A DNA stretch of 63,666 nucleotides, filler included, from Choristocarpus tenellus KU-1152 (taxonomy: Eukaryota; Protista; Phaeophyceae): the NCBI GenBank assembly GCA_964200185.2. It is 13 parts of 13 records of this genome, joined end to end, with 100 filler letters (N's around TTAATTAATTAA, not from the genome) between each part and the next. Parts side by side here need not be neighbours in the genome. Positions count along the whole stretch, not along the records: positions 9,212 to 11,726 come from CAXNAD020027162.1; positions 11,827 to 17,105 come from CAXNAD020011281.1; positions 17,206 to 26,423 come from CAXNAD020003871.1; 10 more parts are not named here. The stretch is one strand, 5' to 3'. The position numbers and the translations under genes were made by a program. Below are positions 11,651 to 25,280 of the stretch, in pieces. Numbering within the stretch: position 1 is the stretch's first letter; each line of letters begins with the position of its first letter. The notes beneath the pieces are model-generated. The model had not been told where the DNA came from and searched no databases. It worked only from the letters and a program-made list of their open reading frames with translations.

Positions 11651-13170
11651 TTAACTATCACATTTCCTCATTGAGCGCCGGAAATGGGTTACCTTCTTTC
11701 GGGATTCAGAGCCCTTGTAGCCCAACNNNNNNNNNNNNNNNNNNNNNNNNNNNNNNNNNNNNNNNNNNNNTTAATTAATTAANNNNNNNNNNNNNNNNNN
11801 NNNNNNNNNNNNNNNNNNNNNNNNNNCCATCCTCGTAGTCCCGCTCCATCCCCAATTTTGAAAATCCTCTGTTATTGCTGAATTGTGGTCTCACCTTGTG
11901 GGTGGAAAGGGGGAACATGATTTTGGACTACGCTGTTGTGTACATAAAGGGGATGAAATATGGTATTGTAGAGGGTAGGAAATATGACTTAGAATGCAAA
12001 AAAGGGTCAAAACCTGGGGAACTCTTGGAGGAGTCGTCGTTTTTGTAAATATAATGGCATTTGGGTGATTTAAGTAACTATTTTGTCTCCTTTTATATCC
12101 ATTTCCTATGTATGATCTATTAAAAAAAATATATCATCCACTCCACAAAGAATGATTTTTTGAACTTCTCATCAATACATTAATCGCGCATATATATTAC
12201 GCATGCTCTTGTCATTCAACCATTATAAATAGGGAATTGAGTGGAATTTTCAACTAAATGTTTTGTAAATTTGAAGATTCATTTTTTTATTGTGCTATTG
12301 TACATTTCATTACAAGATTCAGAAACTTACCGATTTCACTTTAGAATTTACCAGTCACCAATAATAGATTATTGTTCTATGTACTGAAGTACTGTTTTTG
12401 ACTGTAAAAATAATATTTTTATGTCAAGGTGTTGGTTCGGGAAAATTGAAAATTCTGTAGAATTGGAAAGTGTTTCAGTTTGGACTCGCTAACTCACTAG
12501 CTATAATCTCTACAATAGTCAAGACTGAACCCTTAGCACCTTCCAACGAGCAACGTCTAATCTGCTATTGCGTGAAAAAGCAATCGTTTGTGAAAAGGAA
12601 TTTCGCACAAAGGTGAGTCAGTCCGAAGTGTTGACCTGGTTTGGCAACAACCCCTTACATTACACGCGACTGGAAAGGTTTTGATGGTCGATAAATAGAT
12701 AATGCAGACAATTCACGTATGAAACAGATTGCGAGTTGGAGAGTGTCCTTCGACGTATGACCTAACGTAGGGTTACGTGAATCTATGGTTGAGGCTCTGC
12801 CGGAGTCATCTCATGAGGGAATTGATGTTGGGTCCTTCAAACTATACCAAGTCACAGAAATAAAATGACAAGAACTACAAACTAAACCTGGCAGACAAGA
12901 ATTGGCAACGGGTTACCTCTTACTCCACATTGGTCTTGCTTGCTTTGATTAGTACGTTAATTCTTTTCGCACTTCAGAATGTAGGCGAGGGGGAAAAAGC
13001 CAGTAACAAACAATGCGAAATTCGGAGAGAGTTGGTCCTCTTTGTTCACGGCTTAATTCATCCTCCGTCACTCACCCTGAAATCGTTCTCTGTGTTCACT
13101 TCATCCCTCTCTTGTAGTCATTCCCAAAGAACTCGAGCGGTTTCCAATCTTGCCCTACGGACGTTAAGGA

Positions 13171-16100
13171 ATGTCTTCATCTGGCGATGTCATCCTTCTT
13201 CATGGAGGGAATTCGACCTCTGTGTTTACTGAGGAGACTAAACTTAACAAAAACAGTGGCGTTGCTTCAACTCTGCGATCAATGGGTAGGGCGGCTAAGG
13301 AGAGTGGCGTAGACAATACTGAAATTGCCGTCAAGCTTGGTACGAAGCAGGTCAAACATCGCTCCGGCCAAAGGATCCTCGAACTATACAAACTGCACGG
13401 GGAGAGTCGGGTGAGACAGATACAATGTCAAGCCACCTGAATACAATGCCGCATACAAAATGGAGAAAGACCTCAAGATCAACAAGCTTGCTTACAACGA
13501 CCAGTCAGTTGTTCGTTTTTGAGTTGTCGATGAGACCTAGGATTTCTCTCCTCCGAGCTGGAGCACGGTAGTACCGACTTCGTCATATGCTACTACTTTT
13601 TCCAAGGTCAAAAATGTTTCTGAGTTGTCACTAATCACCCCCTCATTCGAACCGACCAAACTGATAATACTTGCTAAATATTCTCTTTGTAAAACAGGAG
13701 CGGATGGCGGCTCAAAGGAACAAACAAGCAACTTCAGGGTGCACATTCCAGCCCAAGGTGAAATTTTGACGGTTGTTCTTCCCTCAAGGCGTGATTTAAG
13801 AGTGGTTGAAATTGCGTCGCAATTGCTCCACGAACGGAAGAAGAAACTTCCCGGAGGACCCTACTAGGCTTGTAATCGACCCGGGAACCAACACTTCCCA
13901 GGAATCAAACGAACATAACATCGAATGCCTCACCTTGTTGAGTGCAAATTGTGACTATGACCTCTTTAACTCGGACTCGCTCTTTCTCGTCCTCCACTCA
14001 AAATAGCAAAGTTCCAATTATGCCTACTTCTCTCACCCTGCCCTCTCTCTTCCCGACTCCCAGTTGGAATCCAAGCAGCAGGCGAGAAAACTGGAGAAGG
14101 GTTCCACCCTATTTGAGCACCTGCACATGGTGAGTAGAAAAGCTCATCACTGGTCTACTGAGTGTTTTGGAACATTACCTTGACAACAATGCTAAGAAGC
14201 TCAATAAACTGTTGTTATGGTCTGAGGGAAACAGGCGACCAATTCAGTATCGTAACAAATTCCAGAGTTCTGGGCGCCTTTCGTTGCTCCCTTATCATAT
14301 AATATACCCTGTCCTCGTTTATCGTTGCCCTTTTGCTTATACTCTCTTCCAGCTATCAATCAATCAATAGTTATTTATATGCTGAAAGGTAAACAAGTAG
14401 TTTTTGTAATGTACTGGGAATCAATTGTCCCCACGACCTTCCCAACAATGGTCACCTGATCAGCAAAATTGAAATATTTTCAACAATGGAGTGGAGCAAA
14501 AGTCTGAACCACAGAAGGCAGTGATATACATCATATTTGAGTACAAAGAGCATAGCCTTCTACTACAGACAAATGACAATGATTGTTCACCTACATCCAA
14601 TAATCTCCAGTCTGCGTCCAAGAGGTTGGAGATGGTCAAAAACCTTGCAAATGAGGCGTACTCCCAGTACAGCTTTCACCCGGTTGTCCCTATCAGCAAC
14701 AGGTGTGGCCAAGTTTACACTGTACTTGCAAGAAAATCTATAGTGCAGCTCTGGTATGACAAATTGTTGTGTGCTATGGTTGATGGTTGTGAAGTCCTTA
14801 CTGTACTCCACTTTTCTTGCTCAGTTTTGAGGAGTCAGCACGCAAGTCTGCATTCTGAAAGCTATGTGCTAGCATTTCTGGATGAAATCATTTATCACCC
14901 CCTTCTTACTTTGATGGAACCAAGTAACTTTTTTCGTGTGGTAATAATATACAACTCAACCTTCTGAGATAAGGCACATTCCGACTTCAACTTCACAACA
15001 AATAGTTGAGTATGCTCTTACTGGCAATCCTCTTCCTGCCCCACCGAACAACAATATAATGAATTGTAGGCGCATCAAGGCTGCATCAGGAGTCAAGTCT
15101 CAAGTCAGAGCTGAAGAGAAGAGTCGGAAGACTGAGGCGGAAATGTATCGGGCCTGCACTTTTAAGCCTAACAGAAATTTGACGAAGGGGTTCTGCACTG
15201 CAAAGGGGCTTAAGGTGGGTTTGGGAAGGATGGAGAGCACAACCACCGGTTTCAGCTGCCTCCATGTGTATCACTATCTTGTATTGCGACTGGCTTTCAC
15301 CTGAAGAGTTCACAGTATGGTGATAGTGATACATGCTGACCTGACTTGCATTGAAAGAATTACTTAGATGTGTAACCTCAGTGTGAGTAAATTCGGGTAG
15401 AAGACAAGCTACAGTGGACATTGTTTGCAAGCAGGGGAAACTGATCATTCAACCCTGCCCTTCATGTTCCTTACATTTGAGGAGCAGGTCATCTCCTTCT
15501 GATCACTGTCTTATACCCTCAAAATATTTATCGTGAGGTTTGTCCCTCTGTCTGTCACACGTATGTAAAATCACCTTGACATGCTGCCCTGTGACCATGC
15601 AATCTCTGTTAAGGCATCTGTTGTGGATCGCCTGTACCGGACACCCCTCGAAAATACCAATATGCAGCTGGAACGCATGCATTCCAGGGAAGAGCAAGAG
15701 ACTAGCTCTTGCACATTTCGCCCAGATATTGCTGTAAGCCAGAGGTGTGTACAGGGTGGGCAGAAAAAGCCTGTGTACACTGAAGAGGGAGAGTGTTGAA
15801 ATACATGGGCTGCAATGTTGATTAACATTCCTAAAAAATTACCTCGTATTGGGGCGGGAAGCTCTTTGGTGTCAGCTTTGTGGTCTTTATCACCACATCC
15901 TTTTGCCTCACTTCCAATGATCAAACTGGAGGGGTGGCATAGTTGGTCCAACTTGTTGCCAGTTAACACAAAATAACGATCCCTAATTTTCTCATCAACT
16001 TGTCATCGCGGCTCACCAATGACAATCCTGCTGTCAACCATGCTTTGTAGCAGCCATTGGTTGAAGCCTGAAATGGTGTTAGCGATTGCACCATGAATGC

Positions 16101-16932
16101 TCCTTTCCTATTCCGGCATTTGCCTTCACCTCCAACTCTGTTCCTTTTCCCATACAATGCTGTGCTGTGGGCTAAAAAAAATAAAAATGAAAAACCTACA
16201 TCGTTTCGTTCACAGGGTTGAGAATACATCATTGTGGCATCTGCCAGCTAGCAAGTTTCATGCGTATATATATATATATATATGTATATATATTTATCGC
16301 TGTGCACATGTCTGTGTACGTATTCGTCGAATCACTATTATATACAGAGAAGTGAAGCACACACATTGAATATTTGGTACTTCAAGTACATGCAGATGAC
16401 AGAGATTAACCCGTTTACCTTCTATAGGGAAACTAACATTGACAGATATATTTATTGCTTCCGCTAGAGTGTTTAAAAAATGGTTCTATGGCACAGTCCT
16501 ACCAATAGCTATTTTGCATTATTATAGTTTGCCTGAAAGTTGTTGCATTTTAATAACGCAGAGCCAAAGTATCTTAGAGGGTAGGGGCGCGCCCATTTGG
16601 GGGCCAAAATCCAATGTTGCGATTTTGACGAAATTTTGGCTATCATGTTTGTCAGGAAGTGTCAGTATCCTTGTTCTGGATACACCTTTTCATAACATAC
16701 ATTTTACGTACTCTGAACCAATCTGGAGTGGGAAAATGTCACTAAAAAGAACACAAATGGACAAACAGGGCAAGATTCGTACCCTCTAAGATACTTGCTA
16801 CTGCTTCTTCTGTACCCATTTCCTGATATCAGAGCTGGTTCCAAGTTCCTCAAGAGGCCTTCTGTACCCATCTTTAGTCACCTTCACGATTTGCATGGGG
16901 ACAGGCGATCCAAGATCAATACCAGGAAGGAG
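13171..16932 (+). CDS. Uncharacterised protein with repeated (R/H)L(Y/H)...CTFxP motifs, partial
   Basis: Phase-consistent GT-AG exons 13171-13410, 13698-13757, 14064-14129, 14611-14702, 15070-15214, 15614-15744 and 16833-16932. Translation includes RILELYK..GCTFQPK, LFEHLH..YSFHP, ACTFKP, DRLY..SCTFRP and IFSHLH. The start at 13171 is uncertain. Confidence 0.8.
16560..16796. mobile_element. Mariner-type MITE, family M1 (intronic)
   Basis: TIRs AAAGTATCTTAGAGGGTA...TACCCTCTAAGATACTT. Homologous to 22006-22261, 23315-23582 and 50470-50729. Confidence 0.85.
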
Positions 16933-17749
16933 GTAGGTTTGAAAGATAAGACATGAGAGGTGTAGAGCAGAGAGAAAGGGAGGCAATGTACTTGGAGTAT
17001 TTTTTCGTGCACAGCCTATCAACACGACTAACAGCTTTGTGCATGCTTGCGTCAGCAAGTGATTGTGTGTTTGTTTCACTTATTTCGACCCAAGGTATCT
17101 GGGGGNNNNNNNNNNNNNNNNNNNNNNNNNNNNNNNNNNNNNNNNNNNNTTAATTAATTAANNNNNNNNNNNNNNNNNNNNNNNNNNNNNNNNNNNNNNN
17201 NNNNNCCCTTCTCTTCTCCCCTCCCCCCCCCCCCCCTTTTCCGGTCTTTTTTTTTTTCCCCCCCCCCCCCCCCGTTGTCTCTCTCCATGATGCTGTCAGT
17301 CAACGATACCTAATTTTTTCTTGTTTTGCGAGTTTAAAATATTTGATAAATTCTCCCGAGTGTTTCAAAGTATACGCTAAATCGACTTAGAGAACATTTT
17401 GATGTGTTTGACTAGAACTGAACTGAAGCATTGTGTGAACAGAACACGAAGCAAGGCAGTTGAGCGATGGGGTGGTCAACAACTGCGAGAAAAAAATTGA
17501 GAAGAGCATTCAGCACGTGTATAAGCACAGCAAAAGAACCGACCAAAGCAAAATCCTCAGGTCCTGGTGTCGGTTGCCCTTTGACAAGAGAATCATTGCG
17601 AGTCAATGCTACTATTCACAACACTATTATACCTATGACTGCCTTATGTTCGATACTACCACTGTAGGATAGAGTAGTTTTATGAAAAAGTGCTAACACT
17701 GGGTGAAAGAGAGCTCTGGGTGCCTTCTTCTCTAGGATCCAGGATCCTG

Positions 17750-18950
17750 ATCTGGTAACACCTTACATACTCCTTGGAACTAGCAAGCCTCCCATAGAAC
17801 ACGTTTGTGAAGTACTGTACTTCTATAGGGCTGCATTGAGGCGTTGTGGCCTACTGTGCACATCTGGTGAACTTTGCTGGTGCGATTGATTTGTTTTGTC
17901 ATCTTGTGTGCAGATACTATGCTACCTCTCTCCTGTCGAGTTTCAGATTCCCCTCTTCTACTTCACCAATGCACTCAGTTGAAATGCACACACAGATGGT
18001 GGCAATCATGGGTTGGCCATGTATTTCAAAGAGCACCCATAGTGCTTCTTTGGTGTCAAGAATTGATTTGAGGAGAACTCAGCGTGAACTGGAACTGAGT
18101 CTGTATCATAGTGTTGCCAATTCATGGGTGACAACCCCCTCCCCCAAAATGATTGACAGACTAGACGTCGGACTCTTCAAGCAGGCAGTTAATGCAGCCC
18201 TGTGCACTGCCCCATCTCTGTACCTATTGCCTACCTTTGAAACACTAAGCCAAGGTTTAGATCAGGGATAAAATTGTGCTTGAATGCACCTAGCGACATA
18301 TGGGCTTACCATGTCGAGCTTTAGTCTCGCGAATCACAGGTAAACTAAATTCGAGCACTCAATTCTAGAGGCAGAACTTGATCATCATGGTATTTGAGGA
18401 GTATGTATGTACTGTTGAGAAGGAGTTGACCAATCTTGAGAGGAAAAAGTGTTGTATGCACCACATTGTACCTCAATAGCAAGTTTGCTGAACGGTGCAT
18501 TTTGTACAGGATAGAATATGTGTACAGTCATTTCGCTCATTTTGACTTGAAAACCACCATGCAAGGATAATATTGAGTAGTAACTGCCAAAAGGCACATT
18601 GTTAATCAACTCCAGATGACCTTGCAGTCATTGACAAAGAGGATTGTTGTATGTACTGGAGCTGGACCAAGATGATACCCTAGGGAATGCGTTGGCTTCA
18701 TACGTGCTGTGGAGTTTTTGTCAAGGCTACGGAGGAAAGAAAGGAAGCAACTTACACAAATATACCAGGCATACCAGTGAGCTCGCTTAAGCTTACCTCC
18801 TACATGACTATACCCCCTCTACATGCAATTGCTGCGATTCCTTTCATACATACAGTGCTCAAGACTCGAAGAACAACCTATTTGTGGGAAATTTTGGGAC
18901 CGAAGGACTGTCAACTGTTCTGGACGAAGACTCATGCTTTGCAGAAGGCT
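17750..18950 (+). pseudogene. Possible highly decayed Mutator (MULE)-like transposase
   Basis: Only scattered motif-like pieces (IPPLHAIAAI resembles SWIM IPCxHAIA; CCMYW..WLHTC). Many stops and frameshifts. Confidence 0.22.
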
Positions 18951-21900
18951 CGGATATTTCAGGCACAATATGCGACAGTGACTGAACAACATGAATAGTA
19001 TGCTCCTAAGATGTTAAAATGGGTACTCGTGACGTACGTATGGTATACAGAAGATCACGTATGTACAGGAAATCTCAAGTATGATATGTTCGAACACCTG
19101 CCAAGGATAACAAAATGTACTGTGTATGGCGGTTTTCTCATGCACTGACAGCATACGTGCAGGAGAATTATAGGTTCTTACTCTGATCGAGTTGTAGCGA
19201 TACATATATACATACATATATATATATACACGAATTATTTTAGGGAGAAATCGGATTTGGCGTATATACATGTACGTATAAGGGAGCAACCAGTTGATTT
19301 GACATAGGTATGGTCACAGAATTCAATAATACCCCAACCAGTAGAACGCCCAGGAAAGTCTCCGCTGGCACTTAATTTCGTCGTGGTGTGTATTTTCTTT
19401 GGGGTAGATTGATTGGATCCATCATCCCTTTCATTATTTTTTTGCTTTCGCATAATAGTACTTCAAATGACTACTGTTAAGTGATGGATTGGGCGTGGTT
19501 CTATGTAACCATAGCCTCGCTTTCAAGTTTCTATGACTCCAGACTCTTGAAGTACCACAGGGCAGGAGCGCCCCAGTCAACCATGGAAGGACCAAGGGGA
19601 GCTCTCTAGAACTTTTCATTGCACCTATGGGATGTGCCAGGCCAGACCCAGAAACTCTCGAGTTCTAATGCCTCGCATTGTACTCAAAATCTACCGTGAA
19701 GGATATTCTTCAAGTAGATCAGCATCAAAGCTAAACAGGAGGGTTCACGGAGAATACCATTCAATGAGCATGAAGACTGCTGCCTATCAAATAAAATAAT
19801 ATGCCATAACAAAGTAGCGTGATGCTTTGAAACATTAGATCTTCTTTTGTGTTGTGCTCCTTTGAGATGCAATAACCATTTTCCCTACTATTACTACCAT
19901 ACTACTGTTTGCTATTATTGGAATGGTTGCAGTTATTGTTGACCGCCAGGGCATCTCATCCGTAAAGCTGGACATATTGTTGGCAGACCTCGTCCTGATT
20001 GTCTTCAAGTGGTATTGATGAACTTCTTTATCTTTGTCAAGAATGTATCTCTTAATCGTGCAGAGGATGCTGGCAGTCGTTTAGTTGCTCCTAATCCCTT
20101 GAGGTAGTGCACTCTCCTTGCTCAAGAAGATATTTTCAATGACGTGTGTTGTTGATTTGGTTTGGGTGAGTAAAGCTTTGTAAGCGAGTTATTGCTGAAC
20201 CAATCCGGGGAGAGTAAAATAATTGAAACTATTAATACTTCATCCACTTCTTTCAATGATGGTTATTAAATGTTTTTTATTCAGGTCCAACCCAAAAGCT
20301 CTACTCTTTCCTAATTTAACTTCTCATGGAATATTGACAAAAAAACGACTGAAGGAGGATGGATATGGACAAAATGGCACTACTACCACTTGTACTACTA
20401 CTCCTACTCCTACTATTGGGATTAATATTATCTACTGCAACTATTTGCATGTATTACGCATGGGAAGGATAAATACTCTCTCTCGACATTGAAAATGCTG
20501 ACTTGAAAGACTAGAGGAAAGCTGCAAGTAAAGCTCGCGAGACCTTTCTCCTGTTTCCTCTTTACCGAGAAAAGCCTTAACCCTTCTTCAGCGCACCCGA
20601 GGTGCAACTGCCCTGCCCTTGTCCACTTCAGTATCCACAAATATGATAACGTCTCCCTGTTGAGTGAACCTTGATCAAGGGCAAGCGGGAGTGCAATAGA
20701 CAGAAGCGTTGAGCGCGAGACATAGAATGAGGCATGCAACGTAACATTACTTTGAAGTAGTACGGAGAAAATATCGTGGTTATGGATGAGTTATCATGAT
20801 GATATGAAAGGAGTTGACGTAGGTAAGAAAATGTTCCTCATGATTACAAGTGAAAATAAATCTAGAAACTGGCAGCCCCCATTTATGTGGGTTCTACAAC
20901 TCCATGGGATCACAAAATCACCTCCGTATTATTTGTAACGACAACAAGAAGATGAGAATAAAGCAACGATAAGGAGAGTGAAGAAATTAACATAGGTGTC
21001 AACTTCGAACCTCAGTGAGTGATGTCGTTTGTTGGTATTCTTGTCCTCGTATTTCACACCTTGTTACACCAACTTCTGTCTGGACTTGGTCATTTCTGGT
21101 GGTAGTCTGCCCACTGCCATAGGATTCTTTTGTCGTCACAAATATACTTACTTGTAGGAAGCAAATCACTCCTTACGCTGTCTCTTCTTTTTTTTTCAGA
21201 TCATTGTCTCTCTCTTACTTCCTTCTTCTCCGTCAGCAGTGTCTCCTTTTGGCGGTTTTGACTCCTGTGAGAGGATGACCGTAGCACAGTTGCATTGAAG
21301 AGATTCTTCACCAACAAAGTTCTAAACACCATTCAGTCCAAGATAAGCGACTCATCCTCCTAATTCCATACATTATATTCCATTGCCTGGTCAGTCCATC
21401 TAAACGTTGTTGGCAAAGGAGATTATTTGATGACTATAACATACGGGAGTATATTGATATGTCCGTTTTTGCCACGAACCATGACTTATTCTATTATTAA
21501 TTGTCACCAAGTACTGAATGCACCAAGTATGCGCTAATATACACACACACACACACATGAGACGATGTCCAAGAAAATGAAGAAGACTTGTGCCTTGTTA
21601 TGAATGAAAAAAAAAAGGTAGACCACATAGATACTCTACGGGGCTTGACTTCCCAAGAGTTTTTTATGCCCTTTTTCGGTTCTCTTTGTGAACATAATTT
21701 AAGCCACTTTTCTTTCCTTGTGCAATACACTCTATTCCTTTGCTTCACGTGCACAATAGTGTACAAAAGATTGATATTATCTCTTTCCACGACACAAAGT
21801 GGCACCTCAACAAAACAAAGACTCATTCCGCAATGGTACCACTTCTCGTTTTTCACGTTTACGTCGACGAGGTTCGAATTTCTTCACTGCTTCATTGACT

Positions 21901-22005
21901 GGGTCCGGGTTATTTGCCTTCGAAGACATACGAATAATATCATAGATACTATGAACATGAATGTCCCTGAACTGAAACTGGCAAGAAGGAGGGGTAACGA
22001 AGAGC

Positions 22006-22261
22006 GAGTCAAAGAATCTGAGAGGGTAGATCCGCGTCCATTTGGGACCAAAATCCAATGTTGCGATTTTGTTGCAATCTTGGCTATCGTGTTTGTCAAC
22101 ATCCTTGTTCCAGACAGAGGGATGATACCTACTCCAAACGTATACGTTTTACTTACTCCGAAACATTTAGGATTAGGAAAATGTAAAAAAACAAACGTGG
22201 GAAGCCAAGTCCCTAACGGACAAACAGGGTAAAACTCATACTCTCTAAGATACTTTCACTC
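22006..22261. mobile_element. Mariner-type MITE, family M1
   Basis: GAGTCAAAGAATCTGAGAGGGTA...TACTCTCTAAGATACTTTCACTC. Internal sequence closely similar to 23315-23582. Confidence 0.85.
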
Positions 22262-23314
22262 AGTCATTCAGGGTGGGTGAGGTCATCAACTGCATCTCAG
22301 TAAGCGGCAGTGCGGTATTAGCACATGGGTAGTACATGGATTGAAGAAAAACGACGCGAAAATAGCATGAAGGAAAATTGAATACAGAAATAATATTATT
22401 ACTGATAATACTATTGATACTTCCAAGTAGTAATAGTGACAATAATAGCATGCCTGTGACCCATTCCATCTCAGAGGGGGTTGTCCTTGAAATTTTGGGT
22501 CCTTGTGATGACTGCCTTCAGGTTCACATGCTCCTAGCATGCTTGGGAGTGCATTCACGCTTAGTGTGGACAAATTTTCGTTTTCTCGTCCATGACAACA
22601 GCCAGCCTTTCTGCAACAAAAATGATTACAATTGGCTGCTATTCAGTCAGGCGTGTGCCCCATAATCATTGGAGTTACTATCACAGTGGCCCATAGTCAA
22701 TGAAGTGGTATATTGATTTCTATTTGGATTATCTAAACGATCTGTGTGGAAAGATAAACTAGTGAAAACATCTTTATCTATCTTCAGAGACCAGTTAAAC
22801 TTTCTCTCTTACGCTGGTACAACGCTATTTGTGGTGCCTATTCAGGATTAAGGGAGAAGATAAACGAGGAGAAATAAAAGTTATATCAACCTCCTCTCAA
22901 CACTCAGAAAGATGGAACCAATCCAGTTGAGGAGTAACGTGATATAATGGGTGCGGCACAAGCTAAAGCAGGCACTATACTGCTTCTGTTTTATGTAATG
23001 TACACAATTGTAGCGTTTTACCTTCGTATGTTATGGCGTACTTCTTCCGTTCGAAATTAAATGTAGCATAACTTTTACAGCCCTGTTGAAGAAGCAAGAT
23101 TTTATACATGTTCGTATTTTAAGGGTGTATGGTGTAGACATTAAATGGTCGATCACCAAAATCCCAAGCAAAATGGGCAGCCTACAACTATCTATGATTC
23201 CGCCTCCGAAGTCCTCCTTGCTAAGATGGGGAATTTTGAAGACGCTGTCACCCTTGGACCCCAGCATTTTGACGTAGACCGTGAAGAGGCTCCGTCAGAC
23301 GCACTCTAGTGTCT

Positions 23315-23582
23315 GAGTCAAAGTATCTGAGAGGGTAGATCCGTGTCCATTTGGGGGTCAAAATCCAATGTTGCGATTTTGATGTAATCTTGGCTATTGT
23401 GTTTATTAGGAAGTGCCAATATCCTTGTTCCAGAGAGATGGATGATACCTACTCCAAAACGTACACATTTTACCTACTCCGAAACATTTCGGATTAGGAA
23501 AATGTAAAAAAACAAACGCGGGAAGTCAAGCCACAAACGGACAAACAGGGCAAAACTCGTACCCTCCAAGATACTTTCACTC
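23315..23582. mobile_element. Mariner-type MITE, family M1
   Basis: GAGTCAAAGTATCTGAGAGGGTA...TACCCTCCAAGATACTTTCACTC. Directly abuts the transposase pseudogene. Confidence 0.85.
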
Positions 23583-23589
23583 TCTCCCA

Positions 23590-24240
23590 GAGGTACACAT
23601 TGAACACCTCCATTATGGTGGTCTCCACCAGCTCCTCTATGTTGGTCACCCCCACGCCTTCCTTCAGTTGCTGGATGGAATGAAATAATCCCAGGTCGTT
23701 GACGTTGAGATCAGGTAAGTTGGCTGGTGGGGGTCTCTATGACAATGTCGTCTCACACCGCCTACTTGATTTCTTGTATTCCAGTATTTTCCTCTCCTTT
23801 GTGTGTGGCTCTACCCTGTCCTACTGCATGAAGATGGCATGTCCTTCCGGCCTAGGCATGCGGGCCTTGATTGCTGAGATGTCATCCTCGATCATGACCT
23901 TCTTATACCTCTCCCCATCCACCATGGCTAGCACAAGCACATTGGTGACCTTGGGGTGGTGTTTGCTAGAGTGGTGAGCGATCTTAGTGTCCACGATTGG
24001 TCAGATCCCGATTTTCCCATCCAACCACACCCCGTTGGGGAACTTCCTAGGGCGAGCAACACAGCTGCAAGGAACACGACTTTTCTAATGTAACGCTTAT
24101 TCTGTGCCCGTGGGGGGTTGGGGAGGTCCTCAGTGTGGTGCAGGTACGTACTTTGCCCACCTTTAAGGATGTGAAACCACTTCGCGTCTACAGGCACCCA
24201 GTCATATAGATCGTTCACCAACAACTCATGAAAAAATGAC
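23590..24240 (-). pseudogene. Tc1/mariner (DD39D, plant-mariner-like) transposase pseudogene, catalytic domain
   Basis: WVPVDAKWF, RYIRKVVFLAAV(ARP), DGKIGI, MQ*D..PH and PANLPDLNVNDLG correspond to the HIDEKWF / KVMFLAAVARP / QQDNA / SPDLNxLDLG motifs. About 40 codons lie between the 2nd and 3rd Asp. Stops and frameshifts present. Confidence 0.85.
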
Positions 24241-24349
24241 CCAAATCATTGATGTTGAAGTCCGGTGACTACCTTGGCTGCGTCATGAGCTTAATGCTCC
24301 ATCCCTCCTCTATCCCTGTTGCGTTCAGCTTCTGCACTGTGCCCTAGTC

Positions 24350-25280
24350 CACATACGAGGTCATGCCATCCTGCTATATGGAGCCCCCCCCCCATTTCAG
24401 CCGCTGCATTTTTTCCTTGATCACTGGCAACAGCTGCTCCGTGTACCACCACTCAGTATCGATGGTGACATTGACCTCGTACTCCTCAACCTTTGTGTGC
24501 CGCACTGTAGTCCATTGTACCTCCTTTGCAACGCAAACCTGCCAGATCCCGATTTTGCCGTCGAAATCATGGGAAGGATCCGGGTGCAAAACGGCGGAGA
24601 TGAACATCACTTTGGGAATGCGACTCGTGTGTTGCACCTTCGTCGAGCCCACCTTGTCCTCCCCTATGAACATGCACACTATCTCTTGTTCGCGAATTAG
24701 GTGGAACCACGCCTTGTCAATATGAATGGTATTGAGGTGAGTCCTATAGGTTTTGGGGTTTAGGGAGATCTGGTCGAGGATGAAGTCCACCCTGTTCTTG
24801 TGAGGAAGCGAAAGGCTAGGGGTGATGCGCCACTGAACCCTTATTGCCCCCATTACTTGGAGTCAGCGATGAAGCTTTGAGCTACTGACTGCGAGGCCTG
24901 TTTGGGCAAGCTTGGCGGAAAGTTGGCAATAGAGTCAGTGTGCAATTTCTGACGTTGATTTCCCGGATCTTTGCTTGTTTCATTGGTGTAAAGTCCGATG
25001 GCCATCCAGATCATGCTCGTGATTTCAGGGAGACTATACTCCCCCTAACTGTTCTTTGATGCGTGTCTGCACCTGTCTAGGGTGTCTCTCTCCTGCTCCA
25101 AACTCTTTCACCAATGTAGACCCCACAGGAAGAGCCAATGCGTAACGCAAAGCAAGTGCGGTTCGACCTTCCTCAGTCCGCTCACAGTTCTTTCCTTGAG
25201 ATGGTGGGCTTCGTGTCAGGGACATCGGGCTGTGGGGGCTCGCCATGGGGGTTGTGGGAGTGTTGTGCGCCTCCACACTG
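24350..25280 (-). pseudogene. Second, divergent Tc1/mariner (DD39D-type) transposase pseudogene, N-terminal two-thirds
   Basis: ORF 24374-24853 has IHIDKAWF, RIPKVMFISAVLHP and FDGKIGIW. HTH-like N-terminal piece at 25034-25276. TIR-like end (CTACCCCCTTAACTACTTTGGGTC) at ~25561-25584. Confidence 0.85.

Noticed and set aside
21588-22232. 214-aa ORF, and similar ORFs 16439-16789 and 50439-50732
   Set aside because: They run through non-coding M1 MITE sequence and have no protein motifs.
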